Shown: positions 12,728 to 22,998 of the stretch, in pieces
Position numbering within the stretch: position 1 is the first letter of the stretch
Layout of the letters: each line of letters begins with the position of its first letter
Assembly (NCBI GenBank): GCA_963723515.1
Contig: CAVRQT010000003.1
Span: forward strand, 576,001-640,000
Length of the DNA: 64,000 nucleotides
DNA from: Vulcanimicrobiota bacterium
Lineage (GTDB): Bacteria; Vulcanimicrobiota; Vulcanimicrobiia; Vulcanimicrobiales; Vulcanimicrobiaceae
Direction: 5' to 3'
Position numbers and translations under genes: made by a program
The notes under the pieces: generated by a model
Database searches by the model: none
Told to the model about the DNA's origin: nothing
Seen by the model: only the letters and a program-made list of their open reading frames with translations

Positions 12728-14029
12728 TTACGCGCCTCTGGCCATGAAGTAAAACATGCCGACGGCAGCGCCTCCCATCAACGCGAACGTCGCCCAGCCC
12801 CATGCGCGTGCCAACGGGGATGGAATCCACTGCCCCATGATGTCTTTGCGAGAGGCGATCCAAACGATCACCGCAATCAGCGGCACGGCCGCGATGCCGT
12901 TGAGGATTGCGGCCCAGAACAAGGCGCGAATCGCGTTGATGTGAAGCAAATTCATCCCAATGCCGATGACGATGCCGGCCGCGATGATCAGATAGAATTT
13001 CGGGGCGCGCCTCGGCGGTTCGCCCAGACCTTCTCGAAACTTAAAAGTCTGCGCCGCGATGTACGCGGATGAGCCCGCGAGGACCGGCACAGCAAGCATG
13101 CCGGTGCCGACCATGCCTAACGTGAATAGCAAATACGCAAATTGCCCAGCCAGGGGTCGGAGCGCTTCGGCGGCTTGTTGCGCGGTTCCGATATCGTGCC
13201 GGCCGTGAGCACCGAGCGTCGCGGCGGTGGTAACGATGATGAAAAAAGCAACGAGATTCGAGTAGACCATGCCGGTGTTGACATCGGTATGCATGTCTTT
13301 TACGGATTGCTCGTCAGTGCCGCGTCGGGAGGCCAGCGTCGTATGGCCGGCTTCCTTCTCTTCTTCGACGGTCAACGATGACTGCCAGAAAAAGAGGTAC
13401 GGGGTGATCGTCGTCCCGAGCACGCCGACCATCGTGGAGAGCCAGCCGGAATCGAGATGGACGTGTGGGATCGCGAACTGTGCGAGAACCGTCAGCCAAT
13501 GCGGATGGACGACAAAAGCTGTCACGATGTAGGCGAAGAGTGCGAGCGTGAGCCACTTGAAGATGCGCGCAATCATGCCGTAAGACAGCCATGTCTGCGC
13601 GGCAAGCAGCGCCACACCGAAGAAGAAGACCCAGAACTCCGGCGGCAGCGGCACGATTAGGTGCGTGGCATCGGCCATGCCGCCGATGTCTGCGCCGAGA
13701 TTGAACGTGTTTGCTGCGATCACCAGAATCGCTAGCGCGTAAGTCACCGTGATGGGCAACCGCCGGCGCATCACCGCAGCCAGTCCTTGACCGGTGACCA
13801 TTGAGATGCGCGCGCACATTCCTTGGATGACGGCCATCATCGGGGTTGAGATCAATGTGAGCCACAGCATTGAAAAGCCGGTGGCGGCACCGGCTACGGA
13901 ATATGTCGAGATTCCCGAAGGGTCATCATCGGCGGCGCCTGTGATGAGCCCCGGCCCAAGTACTTGAAAGAATCGAAAGATGCGAGCGCCGATGGTAGTG
14001 GGCCGTGCGGCGCGGGCCTCCGTTGTCAT
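12728..14029 (-). CDS. NRAMP-family divalent metal transporter
   Basis: GPGLITGAADDDPSGI, GTTITPYLFFWQ motifs; multiple TM helices. Confidence 0.9.
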   Translation of the reverse strand: MTTEARAARPTTIGARIFRFFQVLGPGLITGAADDDPSGISTYSVAGAATGFSMLWLTLISTPMMAVIQGMCARISMVTGQGLAAVMRRRLPITVTYALAILVIAANTFNLGADIGGMADATHLIVPLPPEFWVFFFGVALLAAQTWLSYGMIARIFKWLTLALFAYIVTAFVVHPHWLTVLAQFAIPHVHLDSGWLSTMVGVLGTTITPYLFFWQSSLTVEEEKEAGHTTLASRRGTDEQSVKDMHTDVNTGMVYSNLVAFFIIVTTAATLGAHGRHDIGTAQQAAEALRPLAGQFAYLLFTLGMVGTGMLAVPVLAGSSAYIAAQTFKFREGLGEPPRRAPKFYLIIAAGIVIGIGMNLLHINAIRALFWAAILNGIAAVPLIAVIVWIASRKDIMGQWIPSPLARAWGWATFALMGGAAVGMFYFMARGA

Positions 14030-14199
14030 TGCCCCTAAAACTTCCCAAAGCCAAATATCCTCAAACGAAAGATCGCTGCTGTTCCGTCGAGCGAATAATG
14101 CATTGGTCGCAGCGATGAAGGTGGCGATTATGACAACCGGCCTTCCTATCGGGATAGGACGGCGAACGTTTTGGGTATGTGCGGCGGCAAGGAGGACCC

Positions 14200-14397
14200 A
14201 TGATGAGCGATATTGACGAACGCAGCAACCTCGAGAATGAGCCCGATACCGAGAACGGCGACGACGGCTTGAACGACGACGAAGAGAGTGGCGACGACAC
14301 GCAGTCGGCGGACGACTCGGTAGCAACGTCCGCAGCAGCACCCGATCCAGGTGAATCGGGACGCATGGACACGTCGCGCATTCGCTCCGTTATTTAG
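14200..14397 (+). CDS. Small highly acidic protein of unknown function
   Basis: AGGAGG RBS before ATG; 65 aa rich in D/E/N. Confidence 0.6.
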   Translation: MMSDIDERSNLENEPDTENGDDGLNDDEESGDDTQSADDSVATSAAAPDPGESGRMDTSRIRSVI

Positions 14398-15601
14398 CGC
14401 ACAGGTTCTTATCGAGGCGGGGTTTGTCTTAAGCAACTCGAAAAACAAGGCGATGCGCGGTCGAGTTCGCACACGCCTTGCCAAGCGCCTCATTCCGAAT
14501 TTCGCGCGCAGCGATGACGAGTTGCGCGCTTCTATTGCCGAACGCTGGGATTCGGACCGTTCTACGCCTTGGCGATGTTTTTTGGCGGACGTGGCCGAGC
14601 GCAACGTCGGCGAAGCATTGGAAGCACTCAGTGCGTTTCCGCTCTTCAAGCTAAACTATAGCGTAAAAACAAACCCGCGCGATGAGATGGTCGCGCTGAT
14701 GCATCGCAACGGCGTTCTCGCGGAATGCATTAGCGAAGGGGAGTGCGATCAAGCGCGCGAGCACGGTTATGAATGGCATGAGATCACCTACAATGGTCCG
14801 CGCCCGCTTCGGGATCGCAAGGTAAATGTAGCCTTCGCGGACTCCGTTGAGGCATTTTCGTTTTATGCGACGCGAGCGGACATGATGAACGTGCACGGCG
14901 TTCGCATGCGACCGCACACGATCCCATCACGCTTCGGCGTGAAACCGAGCGAACTGGAAGAGATCATTGAGATTGCGCGCGAAGGCGAAAACGTTGAACG
15001 CCTCGGCGTCTCATTCTTTAGCCGTCCAGAAGATTTTGCGCAACGACAGTGGTGCGATATCGCGGATGAAGTACTCGGCTATGCCGTTGAACTTGAATCG
15101 TTATCCGGCAAACCGGTAACGATCTTCGATGTCGGTGCCGGCTTCCCGGCGGATCAATGGCCGGAGCGGTTTGAGCGAGACTATGGCAACATTGCAGAAC
15201 TCGCGCCGCGGCGGCTGGCGAACTTGCAGCAGATCTATCTGGAGCCGGGTCAGGGGCTGGCGACGCCCGTGGAAGCGGTTTTCCTGCGGATCTTAGAGGT
15301 ACGGCAACGGGAGGACGGGAGCGAGATCGTCGTTGATGGCGGCCTGGCGAACCTCCCGCAGATCAAAGAACGCTCGCACCGCGTGTTCTGGGAAGGCCCC
15401 AACGGTTGGGTCAAACTGGAGGACGGGCGCGATCGGATCTACGGTTGTATCTGCATGGAGGAGGACGTCATCCGTCATGATGTTGCGTTGCCGGAGCAGA
15501 TTGCGGCGGGCGACGTGATCGCCGTCGCGGACGCCGGCTCCTACGATTCGAGCATGGCCTACGGCTTTGGCCTGGGCCAACCAACACCCCGCGACAGCTA
15601 A
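14351..15601 (+). CDS. PLP-dependent group IV decarboxylase-like protein (LysA/ornithine decarboxylase fold); true start may be downstream (e.g. 14453)
   Basis: YSVKTNP (PLP lysine), SRFG, DVGAGF, EPG, GCICMEED, AGSY motifs. Confidence 0.8.
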   Translation: MNRDAWTRRAFAPLFSAQVLIEAGFVLSNSKNKAMRGRVRTRLAKRLIPNFARSDDELRASIAERWDSDRSTPWRCFLADVAERNVGEALEALSAFPLFKLNYSVKTNPRDEMVALMHRNGVLAECISEGECDQAREHGYEWHEITYNGPRPLRDRKVNVAFADSVEAFSFYATRADMMNVHGVRMRPHTIPSRFGVKPSELEEIIEIAREGENVERLGVSFFSRPEDFAQRQWCDIADEVLGYAVELESLSGKPVTIFDVGAGFPADQWPERFERDYGNIAELAPRRLANLQQIYLEPGQGLATPVEAVFLRILEVRQREDGSEIVVDGGLANLPQIKERSHRVFWEGPNGWVKLEDGRDRIYGCICMEEDVIRHDVALPEQIAAGDVIAVADAGSYDSSMAYGFGLGQPTPRDS

Positions 15602-15636
15602 CTAGCCCCCTCAGCAGCTGCTTGCCTTGCCGGTCC

Positions 15637-15665
15637 TTGTCACAAAGGCCTGAGGGCGGTACAAT
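15637..15665 (+). promoter_or_regulatory. Sigma70-type promoter of rpoC
   Basis: TTGTCA-17 bp-TACAAT about 110 bp upstream of the inferred start. Confidence 0.7.
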
Positions 15666-15775
15666 ATCTTTCTGTGCTCTAGCGCCTGAAGCGACGGTGG
15701 GCCCTCCTACGACCCCGTGGGAATGTGCGCCCTGCGTAAGCCATGGTCCGGACGACGAGCACCGGAGTTCTCTTC

Positions 15776-18700
15776 TTGAACCTGATAGACGTTAACAATT
15801 TCGATGCGATGCGAATCGGTCTCGCTTCACCGGAACAGATTCGCGCTTGGTCTTTTGGCGAAGTAAAGAAACCCGAGACGATCAATTATCGCACGCTCAA
15901 ACCGGAGCGCGACGGCCTCTTCTGTGAAAAGATTTTCGGCCCGACTAAAGACTGGGAATGCCATTGCGGTAAGTACAAACGCATCCGTTTTAAGGGCATG
16001 ATCTGCGATCGCTGCGGCGTTGAGATCACGCGCGCCAAGGTGCGCCGCGAGCGAATGGGCCACATCGAGCTTGCCACGCCGGTGTCTCACATTTGGTACT
16101 TCAAGGGCGTGCCGTCACGGATCGGCATCCTTTTGGATATGTCGCCGCGCCAGCTTGAAAAAGTTATTTACTTCGCGGCCTACATCGTTATCGATCCGGG
16201 CAACACGTCGCTGCAAAAACGCGAAGTGCTCACCGAGCAAAAGTATCGCGAAGCGCGTGAAAAGTACGGCAGTAATTTCAAAGCCGGCATGGGCGCTGAA
16301 GCGGTCCGCGAGTTGCTGCGCGATCTCAATTTGCGCCGGATCCAAGAAGAGCTGCGCCGGGAATTCAAAGAGACGTCGGGCCAGAAGCGCCTGAAGGCGA
16401 TCAAGCGGCTTGAAGTCGTCGAGGCATTCTTGAATTCGGGAAACCGTCCGGAGTGGATGGTATTGGCAGCGGTGCCGGTCATCGCGCCGGAACTGCGCCC
16501 GATGGTTCAGCTCGACGGCGGGCGATTCGCCACCTCCGATTTAAACGATCTTTACCGCCGCGTCATCAACCGCAACAACCGACTAAAGCGGCTTCTCGAG
16601 CTCTCCGCTCCCGAAATCATCATCAAGAACGAGAAGCGGATGCTGCAAGAGGCGGTCGACGCGCTGATCGACAACGGCCGGCGCGGACGTCCCGTCACGG
16701 GTCCGAATAACCGTCCTCTGAAGTCGCTCAGCGATATATTAAAAGGTAAGCAAGGGCGCTTCCGTCAGAACTTGCTCGGCAAGCGCGTCGACTACTCGGG
16801 GCGTTCGGTCATCGTCGTCGGTCCGAACCTAAAATTGCATCAGTGCGGCTTGCCCAAAGAGATGGCGCTCGAGCTCTTCAAGCCGTTCGTGATGAAGAAG
16901 CTCGTCGATCGCGGTCAGGCGCACAATATCAAGAGCGCGAAGCGCATGGTCGAGCGCGTCCGTCCGGAAGTTTGGGACGTCCTCGATGAAGTGATTCGTG
17001 AGCATCCGGTGCTCTTGAACCGCGCGCCCACGCTGCATCGCCTCGGCATTCAGGCCTTTGAACCGGTTCTGGTTGAGGGCAAGGCAGTGCATCTGCATCC
17101 GCTCGTCTGCACGCCGTATAACGCCGACTTCGATGGCGACCAGATGGCCGTGCATCTGCCGCTTTCGGCCGGTGCGCAAGCGGAAGCTCGGATCTTAATG
17201 CTCTCTTCCAACAACATCTTGCTGCCGGCATACGGCAATCCGGTCTCGATTCCGACACAAGACATGGTGCTGGGACTCTATTATCTGACCTTCCAGCGCG
17301 AGCAGTACGAAGGTCCGGCAAAAGCCGAAATCATCGACGATTACGACAACAAGGTCCGTGCGCGTCTGGGCAACGGCAAAGCCTCGCGCAAGCGGAAAGG
17401 TTCACCGGCCGAAACGAACGGGCAGCGCATCGCGTCGTTCGTCGACACCGATGAAGTGATTACCGCTCATAACCTGCATGCCATCGGTTTGCAAGAGTGG
17501 ATCAACGTGCGCATCGATGGCGAGCTCATCAAGACGACCGCTGGTCGGGTGATCTTCAACAACGCATTTCCGGCAGATTGGAAGCACCCGTTTGTCAATG
17601 AGATCCTCGACAAAGGTTTTCTCAAGAAGTTGATCACCGATTGCTACCGTCAACACGGCAACGCGGAAACCGCGAAGTTGCTTGACGCTATCAAGGACCT
17701 GGGCTTCCACTATGCGACGCAATCCGGCACGACGGTCTCGATGAGCGACATCATCGTGCCCGAGCGCAAGCACGAGATCATCGAGCAAGCCCAAAAGGAA
17801 ATCGACGATCTGCATCAGCTCTTCAATCAGGGCTTCATCTCGAAAGACGAACAATACACTAAGACGATCGACATCTGGAGCGGCGCGAGCGATGAAGTCA
17901 CCGTCGAGATGCAAGCTTCACAAAACCCGCTCAATCCGGTCTTCATGATGGCCACTTCTGGAGCGCGTGGTTCGATAGCGCAGGTCAAGCAGCTGGGCGG
18001 TATGCGCGGCTTGATGAGCGATCCGTCGGGGCGCATCTTAGAGATTCCGGTTAAGGCCTCACTGAAAGAAGGCTTGACGGTTCTCGAGTACTTTATCTCG
18101 ACGCACGGGGCGCGGAAGGGCCTTGCCGACACGGCGCTGCGAACGGCAGATTCAGGCTATCTAACGCGGCGTCTCGTTGACGTCGCGCAAGACGTCATCA
18201 TTCGAGAAGAAGACTGCCGTACGACCCAAGGCATTACGGTGACCGACATTATGGTCGGCAAAGAGACGATCGAACCGCTCTACGACCGCATCATCGGCCG
18301 TCGCGCCGCTGAAGAGATTCGCTTAGAGCCCAAGAAGCCGACGACGGCCATCGTTAAGCGCAACGAGGAGATCGACGAAGAGAAGGCGCGCGCAATCATT
18401 GATGCCGGGATCAAGGCGGTCAAGATTCGCTCGGTTCTCACCTGCAAAGCACGCTACGGTGTCTGCTCTATGTGCTACGGCCGCAACCTGGCCACCGCAA
18501 ATAAAGTCGATATCGGTGAAGCCGTCGGGATCATTGCGGCGCAGTCGATCGGTGAACCGGGCACGCAGTTAACGCTGCGGACCTTCCATACGGGCGGCGT
18601 CGCAACAGAAGACATCATCACGGGTCTGCCGCGCGTCGAGGAAATCTTCGAAGCGCGCAAGCCCAAAGGCCAGGCGATCGTGAGCGAAGTCTCCGGTGCG

Positions 18701-19612
18701 GTCCGCTTTGGCGACGAAAAGAATAAGCGTATCGTCTTCGTCACCGACGAGAAGGGCGAAGAGCACGAATACGACGTGCCGTACGGCACCCATCTGCTCG
18801 CGAGCGAAGGCCAACGAGTCGAAGCCGGCGATCAGCTAAATGAAGGCTCGTTGAATCCGCACGACGTCTTGCGGATCAAGGGCCAGACCGCACTGCAAAA
18901 TTATCTCGTCGCAGAAGTGCAGAAGGTCTACCGTTCGCAAGGCGTCGACATCAACGACAAGCACATCGAAGTCATCGTTCGCGCGATGCTTCGCAAAGTG
19001 AAGGTCGTCGATGGCGGCGACACGCGCTTGCTGCCGGGCCAGGTCGTTGAGGCTTCGCACTTCAGCGAGCAGAACGAACGAATCGTCGCGCAAGGCGGCG
19101 ACAAGGCAACGGCAACTCCGGTGTTGCTCGGCGTCACGAAAGCATCGCTTGCGACGGAGTCATTCCTCTCAGCGGCGAGCTTCCAAGAGACGACGCGCGT
19201 TCTGACGGATGCGGCGATCAAAGGCAAGCACGACCCGCTGCTCGGGCTCAAGGAGAACGTCATCATCGGCAAACTGATTCCGGCCGGTACCGGGATGTCG
19301 CGTTATCGCAACGTGCAGATCGAACCGGAAGGACAGGATCTCGACGAGGAAGGCCACCCGCGCAATCAATATGCCGGGCTGGTGGAAGGCTTCGAGGGGA
19401 TGTCGGCGGACGATGCCGCGCTTGCGGAAATCGTGGGCGGTGACGGCGACGGCGTGCAAAAACTCGTCAGCGCGTACGATCGCAGCCGCGAACCGGCCAC
19501 GGTGCAGTACGAAGGCGAATACGAAGATAACGTCAATGTGCACGCACCGGCTCGCAAGACGCAGTACGATAAGTCAACGGCGGCCAAGGGCATCAACCCG
19601 GAAGACCTCTAG
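15776..19612 (+). CDS. rpoC: DNA-directed RNA polymerase subunit beta'
   Basis: [12 protein letters not shown] active site, N-terminal Zn finger, [19 protein letters not shown] start after GGAG (ORF open from 15743). Confidence 0.99.
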   Translation: MNLIDVNNFDAMRIGLASPEQIRAWSFGEVKKPETINYRTLKPERDGLFCEKIFGPTKDWECHCGKYKRIRFKGMICDRCGVEITRAKVRRERMGHIELATPVSHIWYFKGVPSRIGILLDMSPRQLEKVIYFAAYIVIDPGNTSLQKREVLTEQKYREAREKYGSNFKAGMGAEAVRELLRDLNLRRIQEELRREFKETSGQKRLKAIKRLEVVEAFLNSGNRPEWMVLAAVPVIAPELRPMVQLDGGRFATSDLNDLYRRVINRNNRLKRLLELSAPEIIIKNEKRMLQEAVDALIDNGRRGRPVTGPNNRPLKSLSDILKGKQGRFRQNLLGKRVDYSGRSVIVVGPNLKLHQCGLPKEMALELFKPFVMKKLVDRGQAHNIKSAKRMVERVRPEVWDVLDEVIREHPVLLNRAPTLHRLGIQAFEPVLVEGKAVHLHPLVCTPYNADFDGDQMAVHLPLSAGAQAEARILMLSSNNILLPAYGNPVSIPTQDMVLGLYYLTFQREQYEGPAKAEIIDDYDNKVRARLGNGKASRKRKGSPAETNGQRIASFVDTDEVITAHNLHAIGLQEWINVRIDGELIKTTAGRVIFNNAFPADWKHPFVNEILDKGFLKKLITDCYRQHGNAETAKLLDAIKDLGFHYATQSGTTVSMSDIIVPERKHEIIEQAQKEIDDLHQLFNQGFISKDEQYTKTIDIWSGASDEVTVEMQASQNPLNPVFMMATSGARGSIAQVKQLGGMRGLMSDPSGRILEIPVKASLKEGLTVLEYFISTHGARKGLADTALRTADSGYLTRRLVDVAQDVIIREEDCRTTQGITVTDIMVGKETIEPLYDRIIGRRAAEEIRLEPKKPTTAIVKRNEEIDEEKARAIIDAGIKAVKIRSVLTCKARYGVCSMCYGRNLATANKVDIGEAVGIIAAQSIGEPGTQLTLRTFHTGGVATEDIITGLPRVEEIFEARKPKGQAIVSEVSGAVRFGDEKNKRIVFVTDEKGEEHEYDVPYGTHLLASEGQRVEAGDQLNEGSLNPHDVLRIKGQTALQNYLVAEVQKVYRSQGVDINDKHIEVIVRAMLRKVKVVDGGDTRLLPGQVVEASHFSEQNERIVAQGGDKATATPVLLGVTKASLATESFLSAASFQETTRVLTDAAIKGKHDPLLGLKENVIIGKLIPAGTGMSRYRNVQIEPEGQDLDEEGHPRNQYAGLVEGFEGMSADDAALAEIVGGDGDGVQKLVSAYDRSREPATVQYEGEYEDNVNVHAPARKTQYDKSTAAKGINPEDL

Positions 19613-19635
19613 GGAGCGTCAATGCTCACAGCAAG

Positions 19636-19670
19636 AAGGCCCGCGCAACGTCGCGGGCCTTTTCGTTTTC
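19636..19670 (+). terminator. Intrinsic terminator after rpoC
   Basis: AAGGCCCGCG/CGCGGGCCTT stem followed by TTCGTTTTC. Confidence 0.85.
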
Positions 19671-19694
19671 TTCCTCGCTGCGCGCTTTACAAAC

Positions 19695-19718
19695 TGTCAC
19701 GCTGAGCTTGTCGAAGCG
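19695..19718 (+). repeat. REP-like palindromic unit
   Basis: TGTCACGCTGAGCTTGTCGAAGCG; related copies at 37061-37086, 40846-40887 and 40915-40940. Confidence 0.7.
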
Positions 19719-19742
19719 CCTAAGTGCAGTCTTGCGCCGACT

Positions 19743-20657
19743 CTAAGGACGTGCTTCAGTATGCGTTTCGTCTTGCAGCGCACTCAATAGCGCAGTACGC
19801 TCGGTCTCCGCTAGCGCGCTGAGCGGCGGGAGAGTGCGCTGCCAGCTTTCGTCGCGCTCCGCAACCGCGGTCAAAAAACGGACCGATGGGATTAGTCCGT
19901 AACTTTCGACAGCCGCACGTCGGGAGCACAATTCGCGTTGAAAATCATCAGCGTTCGAATCGTTTGCGGCGTCCCAAAGCGCACGGGCTTTTTGCGGCCA
20001 TAAGCAGACAGTTCCCGAGATGCAGCCGGCGAGACCAAGGCGCCTAGCCGTCAGCAGATGGCACTCCGAGCTCGGGAAGATCGCCAGCTTGGGATGTTCT
20101 TGCAAGAGTAACTTCTCGAGCTCGAGATCATTTGAGCTGTCTTTGATTCCGACAATCACGCCGGGTAACTTGGCGATGAGGCGCCGGATCAGTTCCACGC
20201 TAAAGCTGATCCCTGACAGGCGCGGAAAATTGTAGAGGAAGATGCAATCGCGCGAGCGCTTCAGCGTATCGGCGATTGCGCAGTAGTAGCTCACGATGCC
20301 ATCGTCGTCGATCGTTGTCGTTAGACGAGGCGGCATGATGAGAGCAGCCGCGAAGCCCAGCGCCACGGCGTGCTGGGTCAGCTCAATCGCATCAGTTAGC
20401 GCAGCTGCGCTCGTACCAACCATAATGCGGTCGAGTGGAATACCCGATGCGGCGATCTTTTCCATAAAGTCGAGCCGCTGACGAACCGGCAAGGACAGCG
20501 CCTCGCCCGTTGTTCCCAACACATTCAAACTATGGCAACCCGCGTTCAGTAGCCCGCGATAATACGGGATCGCCTTTGCCGCATCAGGCTCAAGCCGCTC
20601 ATCGAGCGGCGTTAGCACAGCCGCGCATATGCCGAAAATGGAATGCGGCGTTGTCAC
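19743..20657 (-). CDS. Dihydrodipicolinate synthase (DapA/NanA aldolase) family protein
   Basis: LGTTGE, YNFP, GIKDSS motifs; GTG start overlaps upstream stop. Confidence 0.88.
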   Translation of the reverse strand: MTTPHSIFGICAAVLTPLDERLEPDAAKAIPYYRGLLNAGCHSLNVLGTTGEALSLPVRQRLDFMEKIAASGIPLDRIMVGTSAAALTDAIELTQHAVALGFAAALIMPPRLTTTIDDDGIVSYYCAIADTLKRSRDCIFLYNFPRLSGISFSVELIRRLIAKLPGVIVGIKDSSNDLELEKLLLQEHPKLAIFPSSECHLLTARRLGLAGCISGTVCLWPQKARALWDAANDSNADDFQRELCSRRAAVESYGLIPSVRFLTAVAERDESWQRTLPPLSALAETERTALLSALQDETHTEARP

Positions 20658-21511
20658 GTCGCGCCTACGACGTTTCTCAAAAAGAAGACCAGGTTGGCGG
20701 GACGTTCCGCCAGACGGCGCATCAGATAGGGAAACCAATAATGCCCATATGGAATGGCAAGCCGAACGCGGTAGCCTCTCGCCACCAATTCCTCGGCTAA
20801 GTGCGTCGAAATCCCATACAGCATCTGAAATTCAAAGCGATTTGGTGCGATGCGATGCTGCTTTACGAGCGCGATGGCTGCCTCCAGAATGTCGCGATCG
20901 TGCGTTGCGATTGCGGTGTAGTGTGCTCTCGGCAAAGCACTTCCCAAAAGCCGCATGTAGTTCATATCAACGTCGGCTTTTCGCTGGAACGCCGCGTTGG
21001 GCGGCTCGAGATACGCGCCTTTGACAATCCTCAAGTTCGGTTGCAGCGGAAGCAACGCCGTCAAGTCGTCAAGGCTTCGGTAGAGATACGACTGCAGGGC
21101 GAAACCGACATTATCGTGCCCGGCGGCGCGCAAGCGGCGATAGATCTCGAGCGTCTGGTCGACATAGGTGGACTGCTCCATATCGAGGCGCACGAAGTTC
21201 CCGAATTGTTGCGCTGCCGCCGCCACCGACGCCATATGCTGATAGCACAATCCTTTATCGACATTGAGTCCAAGATGCGTAGCCTTGAGCGCGATGGTGG
21301 AATCGACCCGGCGCTCGGCAATTTGGCGCAGTAACTCGCAGTACGCGCGTGCGGCCGCCAGAGCATCCCGCTCGTCGCGCGTGTCCTCCCCTAGGATGCC
21401 GGCGACTACACGAAAACCGGCAGCATTGGCGCGCCGCGCGACGGCAAGGAATTGCGCGATCGTATCGCCCGCCACAAATCGTGCCGCGCCGAGGCGCATG
21501 CCGTAACGCAT
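20654..21511 (-). CDS. Monofunctional proline dehydrogenase (reading frame continues about 25 codons further upstream)
   Basis: RLDME, RIVKGAY, IATHD, EFQMLYG, YLMRRLAERPAN motifs. Confidence 0.9.
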   Translation of the reverse strand: MRYGMRLGAARFVAGDTIAQFLAVARRANAAGFRVVAGILGEDTRDERDALAAARAYCELLRQIAERRVDSTIALKATHLGLNVDKGLCYQHMASVAAAAQQFGNFVRLDMEQSTYVDQTLEIYRRLRAAGHDNVGFALQSYLYRSLDDLTALLPLQPNLRIVKGAYLEPPNAAFQRKADVDMNYMRLLGSALPRAHYTAIATHDRDILEAAIALVKQHRIAPNRFEFQMLYGISTHLAEELVARGYRVRLAIPYGHYWFPYLMRRLAERPANLVFFLRNVVGAT

Positions 21512-21582
21512 AACCCAACGGCGGACGACGCGGCTATTCGCAGCGGTGAGAATTGCAGCACGTGGAAGGCGATTGAGAAGAT

Positions 21583-21840
21583 CTACCGAGGACGTCCGGC
21601 CTCGAGCCAGCGTGCGAAGAGCTCGAGTTGTTCCTGCGACCAGTAGGGACCGCCGATCGGCATGCGCGGCTCCTGATCGCCCGTCAAGAACTCATAGACG
21701 CTCTGCGCATTTGCCGCATCGGACATATAGTCATAATCGTCAAGCGCTACGCCCATAGGCGTCATGTGATCGAGATCGATCTCTCGAAACAACGGCTTGA
21801 TGTCTCGCTCGAAGGAGACGGAATCGTTGGAACTTTGCAT
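21583..21840 (-). CDS. Small conserved hypothetical protein
   Basis: GGAAGG RBS; SFERDIKPLF...MP.GGP.W...LF.RW pattern; in operon context. Confidence 0.7.
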   Translation of the reverse strand: MQSSNDSVSFERDIKPLFREIDLDHMTPMGVALDDYDYMSDAANAQSVYEFLTGDQEPRMPIGGPYWSQEQLELFARWLEAGRPR

Positions 21841-21886
21841 GTTGGCCGACCTTCCTCTTTAGAGAGTATTCGCTTTCGAGCGAGCT

Positions 21887-22993
21887 TCACGTCATGCGAC
21901 TGAGATAATAACGATCGAACGCGTGCAGCAGCCCTTCTTGAGCGGCATAGGGGCCGGGCGTATAGGCACGCGAGCTGACACCCTGTTGGGTCAACTCGTT
22001 CACGTGCCAATCTTGGCGGTTCGTGAGATCCCAAAACTCCACCACATCCGAGGCGTCGAAGCCGGCACGGTCTAGTTCGTCCGGCGCGAACAGCCATTCG
22101 CAAACGATTTTCGTGCGATCATTTGCAAGAGGTGTGACGTAATGCGCCATCGCGTAATCCGGATGTAAGCTCAAGAGCAGCGAGGGGAAGATCGTGTAGT
22201 AGTATGTGCGCTGCAATTCATCGCCGCTTACGGTTGCAAGCGGCTTTCGCCGGCTCGTGCCGCTCACCGTTAAGCTCTTTCCGTCGCGCAGCAGGGAGTA
22301 GCCGCCCAAGAACGGTCCATCCGTAAAGTCGTTTCGGCCGCTCTCCGACGGCGAGAGCTTTTCAAGTTGCGGATGAAGCACGGGGCAGTGGTAGCACTCG
22401 GAGTAGTTCTGAAAGATCAGCTTCCAATTGGCAGCGACGTCATATTCGATTCGCCTTGCCGCGCGTAAGTCAGGCAACGCCCAAGCGGTAAACCGGCCGT
22501 CGAGTGGTGCAAAGTTTTGAGCCGCCGACGGCCCTGCTTCATCTAAGCAAACAAAAATGAAGCCTTCGAAAACGCCGAGGGACGCCTCTTGCAACGGATA
22601 TTCCGCGCGCTCAAAATTGGCGGCGCCTTCCATATTTCGCGCTACGAGCAGTGAACCGTCCAGCGCGTAGGTCCATGCATGATACGGGCATTGAATCGTC
22701 TTTCGAAAACGGCCCGCAGCCTCTGTGCAAAGTCGCGTTCCGCGATGCCGGCAAACGTTGTAAAAAGCGTGAAGACGGCCGGACGCATCGCGCGTGATGA
22801 TGAGGCTTTCGCCGGCAAGGTCCAGCAGAAAGTAGTCGCCTGGATTTGGCAGCTGCTCCTCACGCCCGGCGGCGACCCACGAGCGCGAGAAAACTCGCTC
22901 TTGCTCCTGTTCGAAGACCACGGGCGAGGTATACCAGCGAGCGTCGAGCGTCTTGGCTCCGGCTTGGTTTGTGGGCGGCGTGAACGTACGCAT
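21887..22993 (-). CDS. Rieske non-heme iron oxygenase alpha subunit (quaternary-amine oxygenase-like)
   Basis: CRHRG...CPYHAW Rieske motif; NWK...ECYHC...H mononuclear Fe site. Confidence 0.92.
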   Translation of the reverse strand: MRTFTPPTNQAGAKTLDARWYTSPVVFEQEQERVFSRSWVAAGREEQLPNPGDYFLLDLAGESLIITRDASGRLHAFYNVCRHRGTRLCTEAAGRFRKTIQCPYHAWTYALDGSLLVARNMEGAANFERAEYPLQEASLGVFEGFIFVCLDEAGPSAAQNFAPLDGRFTAWALPDLRAARRIEYDVAANWKLIFQNYSECYHCPVLHPQLEKLSPSESGRNDFTDGPFLGGYSLLRDGKSLTVSGTSRRKPLATVSGDELQRTYYYTIFPSLLLSLHPDYAMAHYVTPLANDRTKIVCEWLFAPDELDRAGFDASDVVEFWDLTNRQDWHVNELTQQGVSSRAYTPGPYAAQEGLLHAFDRYYLSRMT

Positions 22994-22998
22994 CTTCG

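Noticed and set aside
14030..14190. yybP-ykoY manganese riboswitch upstream of the NRAMP gene
   Set aside because: The conserved GGGGAGUA core was not found.
15776..19612. Cyanobacterial-type split of rpoC into rpoC1/rpoC2
   Set aside because: rpoC is a single continuous ORF.
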